From assembly GCF_963678635.1 (NCBI RefSeq), contig NC_087064.1, forward strand, positions 32,809,028-32,873,027: 64,000 nt of DNA. Direction: 5' to 3'. Within the stretch, counting starts at the first letter, position 1; the number at the start of each line of letters is the position of its first letter. Below are positions 59,804 through 64,000 of this stretch, piece after piece. The notes below the pieces were generated by a model. It did no database searches. It saw nothing but the letters and a program-made list of their open reading frames with translations, and was not told where the DNA came from. The position numbers were made by a program, and so were the translations under genes. The stretch comes from Symsagittifera roscoffensis (Eukaryota).

Positions 59804-60721
59804 AACCTTTAAAGTGATTTCAAATATTGACTAATTCTATACTTTTATTTGTCAGAAAAATAATATTCGGTTACTACTTTTAACTTAATCAGACTGCCAA
59901 AGAATTTGTGAACTTTTTAAACTAATTATGTAAACTACTTACTATTTCACTTTTTTTAAACAAGGTCTTTGAGAATCGTTAATTGATTCAAATTAAACAA
60001 ACTACGTTATGTGGCTAAGAAACACTGATAATGGAATGCAGCTGAAATAATTGATACCTTTTATAAATCACTTTTTATTTAACTTACAGTCAAACCTATC
60101 AACAAACTGATTCCAAACGATATATATCATTTCTACCAACTGATGCGATGCCAATTGAAATCTAACTGAGAAAACGCCGAAGGTTTTTACGATGAAAATA
60201 TTATTATCAATTTTAACTTCAATAATTGAGATTCCGACAACGAATTAATTGAGTTGCACGAAACCATTCAAATGTTTCAACAGCGTCAATTAGATCCAGA
60301 AAGTGTCGACATTCGAATTTTTTTGAGCTTTACCTCCAGTACAACTTCAGCCTTTTTTCGTCATTATAGATACAAACAATATTCTTATTTTCACATCGGC
60401 AGATGCAGAAGCGAATCTTCACTTCGCAACCGCCAACAAAAAACGACAAAATTAGGCAAAAAAAACGGCCGAAATTTTGAGAGCAAAATAAATTTAAAAA
60501 TATGTCTCTAAAGAATATAAATTTTGAAAAAAAAAATAAACATAGCCAACATAAAGTTTGAGGAGTCAATGAACACAAGGAAACAGAAAAAACTGACTAG
60601 TTTTTTGGAAAAAAAAACTTCAATTTTTGAATATTAAAGAAAAAAAACATATGCCCTTAAAGCTATTTAAGTTAACATCTTCTTTGAATTTCTTCGAACA
60701 GTCTATGAATGCTGATTGGTG

Positions 60722-61330
60722 TTTGATTAATTAACCCAAATTGAGAAAACTGGATCAATGGGTAAAAACTTTATTTCGCTGAAAAATCTGATAATTGAAT
60801 TCCATTTTCGATATTAGAACTTGATTACGTTTTCCGTGACCTTTACATGTTTGCCTTCTTTTTAACAAAGGAAATGAAGTGAGCATAGGAAAAAACCAGA
60901 AGTCAAACAGCGAAAAATAAAAAATGATCGTGCACAAATTTTAAGACTTTTCCTAAAAAAACCGCAAAAAAAATCACATACCTATATAGAGTACTCACTA
61001 CGTTGATTGCTCTAAATAAAACTAACCCAATTTGAGGAAACTGGATCGGGTAAATTTTTTATTCCGCTGGTAAATTTAAAAATGAAAATCCAATTACGAA
61101 ACTAGAATTCGATCACGCTTTTTGTAGCCTTTACATTTTTGCTGTTTAATAGTGGAGTTTGCCTTCCTTTTAACAAAGAAAAATAACTGAACTGAAAAAG
61201 AAGTCGAAAGTCAAACCGCGAAAAATCAACTTGGCCTGAAAGATTTGAATGCTCTTTTAAGCGGACATAGATCAAAGTGCGGAAAAAATATATACTCGGA
61301 ACGTTCTGTTTCCCAGATAATTCTAGCAGA
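60722..61330 (+). repeat. Two tandem copies of the Y repeat.
   Basis: Units start near 60722 and 61021 (aacccaaattgag.aaactggatc...). Confidence 0.65.
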
Positions 61331-61345
61331 AAGCCTTATAACGCT

Positions 61346-61858
61346 CCTTTTACATATAAAGTTTTGAGTAAAGCGGAGATTAAATTACACTGCGTGCATA
61401 AATATTTAAAATGAACTAGCGGGTGAATCCCACATACGGTGCATCAAAGAGATCGATCAAATAGGAAACTTCATCCTAAATATCATTGGATGAACTAGCG
61501 GGTGAATCCCACATACGGTGCATCAAAGAGATCGCTCAAATAGGAAACTTCATCCTAAATATCATTGAGACCTTTTACATATAAAGTTTTGAGTAAAGCG
61601 GAGATTAAATTACACTGCGTGCATAAATATTTAAAATGAACTAGCGGGTGAATCCCACATACGGTGCATCAAAGAGATCGCTCAAATAGGAAACTTCGTC
61701 CTAAATATCATTGAGACCTTTTACATATAAAGTTTTGAGTAAAGCGGAGATTAAATTACACTGCGTGCATAAATATTTAAAATGAACTAGCGGGTGAATC
61801 CCACATACGGTGCATCAAAGAGATCGCTCAAATAAGAAACTTCATCCTAAATATCCTT
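61346..61858. repeat. Tandem array, period about 146 bp and about 3.5 copies, with an extra internal 79-bp sub-repeat duplication.
   Basis: Unit ccttttacatataaagttttgagtaaagcggagattaaattacactgcgtgcataaatatttaaaatgaactagcgggtgaatcccacatacggtgcatcaaagagatcgctcaaataggaaacttcatcctaaatatcattgaga repeats at 61346, 61571 and 61717. The 79-bp sub-repeat occupies 61413-61491 and 61492-61570. Confidence 0.85.
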
Positions 61859-62349
61859 GGCAAAAATTGATTGCCAAAAAAGCGATCTGCAATACAACCG
61901 TAAAACAGGCTGATAATCCAGAAATGTTACAGCTTTCCGATTTTCCGTCTTGTCTGCAGTGAAAATAGTTGATAGATGAAGACTAAATGAAATTGCACTT
62001 CACACATTCCTAACATGAGAAAAGAAACGCTTTAAAAAACGAAGCGATTATTTTGAACTTATTTGAATTATTTGAAACTTGAATTGTTTCCAGCACAAAC
62101 AGTAACGAAAAAGTACTATCACCCTTCAAATGAAGCAATATGAGGCAACCATGCCGATAATGGATGAGCCAAAAACCTTTTCTTCCGAATAAACTTTTGT
62201 TGCGGAAAAATACAAAAAGAAAATATTAAAAACACTGAAACAGTTTTCAACTAACAAATATGGCCACCATACAGCTGGAGAAGAGCTGATGAGCGCAAGG
62301 AAAAAATGACTTCTTTTTTATCGACACTTTTTTTAAAATAAAAATAACC

Positions 62350-62665
62350 TTTTAAATAAAAATTTTAGAAAACTGGATCAATACGTAAGTTTTTATTCTG
62401 CTGGGAAATCTGAACATCAAAATCTACTTTCGAAAACAGATGTCGATCACGGTGTTCGTGACCTTGACAATTTGGGGCTCGATGCAACGAAACAATGGAA
62501 ATGAACTGATTTAAAACAAATCAAACGTCAAACCGCGAAAAGTCAAAATTGAGCCTAAAAGATTTGAGTAAAGCGGAGCCTGAAAAAAAAACTTTTTCCT
62601 GAAAAAAAAAATCACTATAGACTTATATAAGAGTCTTCACTAAGTTCATTGCTCTTTATAAAAGG
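62350..62665 (+). repeat. Y repeat copy.
   Basis: agaaaactggatcaatacgtaag ... gtcaaaccgcgaaaagtc ... tcactaagttcattgctctttataaaa. Confidence 0.6.
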
Positions 62666-63332
62666 CATATTTAGAATAAGAAGGATATTTAAAATTCTAA
62701 CAAGTTAAAAATACGTCTGTTTGAGTACTTCCAACAGAGAGGACCAAAATTTTTTTACGATGCCCATTAGCACTTGAACCAAAATAAATCCCGTTGGCTA
62801 GCAGAACCAACTCACTACTGATGCAGCAAAATTTTTGAATCCGAATCACGACTGAAAGGGCTTTAATATGATACTGAACTCGAAATATTTGAACTCGAAA
62901 TAAACATGAGATCAAGTGGATTAAAATCATGCTAGCTCATAGTTCCTTCCCACTTCTCGAAGGTATCGGTGCACTTGACAATCGAAAATTCAGTTTCAAA
63001 AAAACAAATTCTTACCTGTCGTTTAGTCATCAGTCGGCCCATGCCAGCTGTCGGTACCTCTCCTCGTTGACTCTTTCGAGCCGTTTGTTTAGTTGTTCCC
63101 ATCTTTTAATTAAGGCTATAGAGTCTGAAAATGAACACATTCACAACCACATAATTTTACGCCAAAATCATTTTGAGATCACAGTAAAAAAGATAGTGGT
63201 TATCATAAATAATCAATTGATAAAAATATACAATTTTAGTTGAAATTACTTTAACTCAGTCAATTTTAATTTGTGCATTTTTTCCTTTTTTTTTTTAAAT
63301 TTTCTGGATTAATTTTCAAGAGCCTTTAAGGT

Positions 63333-64000
63333 AATTCATTCGTTATCACTGGAACTGGAATCAGCCAGTTCTGTTAATTCCATTTCCAGCTGAGTTTGAA
63401 CACATGCATCAATCGCGTTCAAGTGTATCGCGTATTGTTGATCTAGTCCCAAATACGAATCGCTCATAGCGTACAATGTATAAATACATTTTCCTTTTTC
63501 TTCCGGAGAGAAAAACGATAACGAAATCGCTTGTTTGGGTCTCAAACTAGTCAGTCTTTTCAGCGCCAGTAGCTCCTGGTTTTCAATATCGCCCAAAATG
63601 AAAAACCAGCCGGCTGGTTTTGGCTTCGGGAACTTAGGCGCATACGCATTTCTCGGACACCTATTTAACTTCCTCAAATCCAGTTCAACTAAATACTCTT
63701 GGTCAGCGTGTACGTCAATCCAAATATCAGATTTGTTCAAATTAGATTTTGCAGGGTCGACTATGATAACCGGCTTTTGTTTTCTGGTTCCTGGGTCGTC
63801 CTCCCAAAAACCAGAAATTGCCAAATTCATTTTTAGAATCGGGAGAACTTGCAATGCTTTAAAAAACTGCTCTAGTTCGTACTCTTTCATTTGAGGTTGT
63901 AATATCTCTTTCAAAGAGACGTAGTTTTCACGACAATACATCATCAATTCAGGAAGAGATCGTGCGAAGTTAAGGTTTGACTGGTTTCTGTTTTGATTCC
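63333..64000 (-). CDS. C-terminal exon of a Sec63-domain protein (Brr2/ASCC3/SEC63-type C-terminal fold with an acidic Ser-rich tail). It is partial and continues beyond the window.
   Basis: ...PAGWFFILGDIENQELLALKRLTSLRPKQAISLSFFSPEEKGKCIYTLYAMSDSYLGLDQQYAIHLNAIDA...ELADSSSSDNE then a stop. The GW.(L/I)GD...KR...YTLY.MSD.YLG.DQ.Y pattern and acidic tail are characteristic of the last Sec63 unit. The frame is open to the window edge. Confidence 0.6.

Noticed and set aside
61346-61858. Regularly spaced direct repeats that could resemble a CRISPR array.
   Set aside because: This is a eukaryotic locus. The units are about 146 bp and contiguous, with no spacers. It is a tandem minisatellite.

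Overview
This is an AT-rich, repeat-dense eukaryotic window, apparently an invertebrate (insect-like) genome. An intron-containing histone H3 variant, a Sec63-domain terminal exon, hAT-type MITEs and GT-AG introns all support a eukaryotic origin. The window is dominated by two copies of one very large LTR retroelement family with gag-PR-RT-RH-IN order (Ty3/gypsy- or BEL/Pao-like).

(a) Positions 1-17051 are a degenerate, rearranged copy on the minus strand. It contains a recent 3613-bp internal tandem duplication, a palindromic inverted duplication and its own LTR.

(b) Positions 20941-39906 are an apparently intact copy on the plus strand. Its 408-bp LTRs look 100% identical (TG...CA termini) and it is flanked by a 4-bp CAGG duplication with a PBS-like TGGTGCGACC two bases after the 5' LTR. 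It encodes a 2740-aa gag-pol polyprotein, an ATG-less 378-codon ORF, an 872-aa env-like ORF and a further 597-aa ORF of unknown function. Several ORF boundaries are AUGA stop-start overlaps.

This element inserted into the terminal inverted repeat of a hAT-like MITE. The insertion also splits an older paralog of a small secreted-protein gene. An intact paralog of that gene lies at 49946-50695, and a fourth partial 3' duplicate lies at 47367-48050. Six copies of a ~400-430 bp hAT-like MITE family are present, two with perfect 8-bp TSDs. Other repeats include foldback and palindromic elements, a decayed ~95-bp satellite, a 146-bp tandem array, a clustered ~300-bp repeat family and tRNA-like relics.

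Host genes on the minus strand are a two-exon H3-like histone variant with a divergent N-tail (59803-59589 plus 56647-56482) and the C-terminal exon of a Sec63-domain protein (64000-63333, continuing beyond the window). All coordinates and identities are from reading the sequence by eye. No database searches were run.
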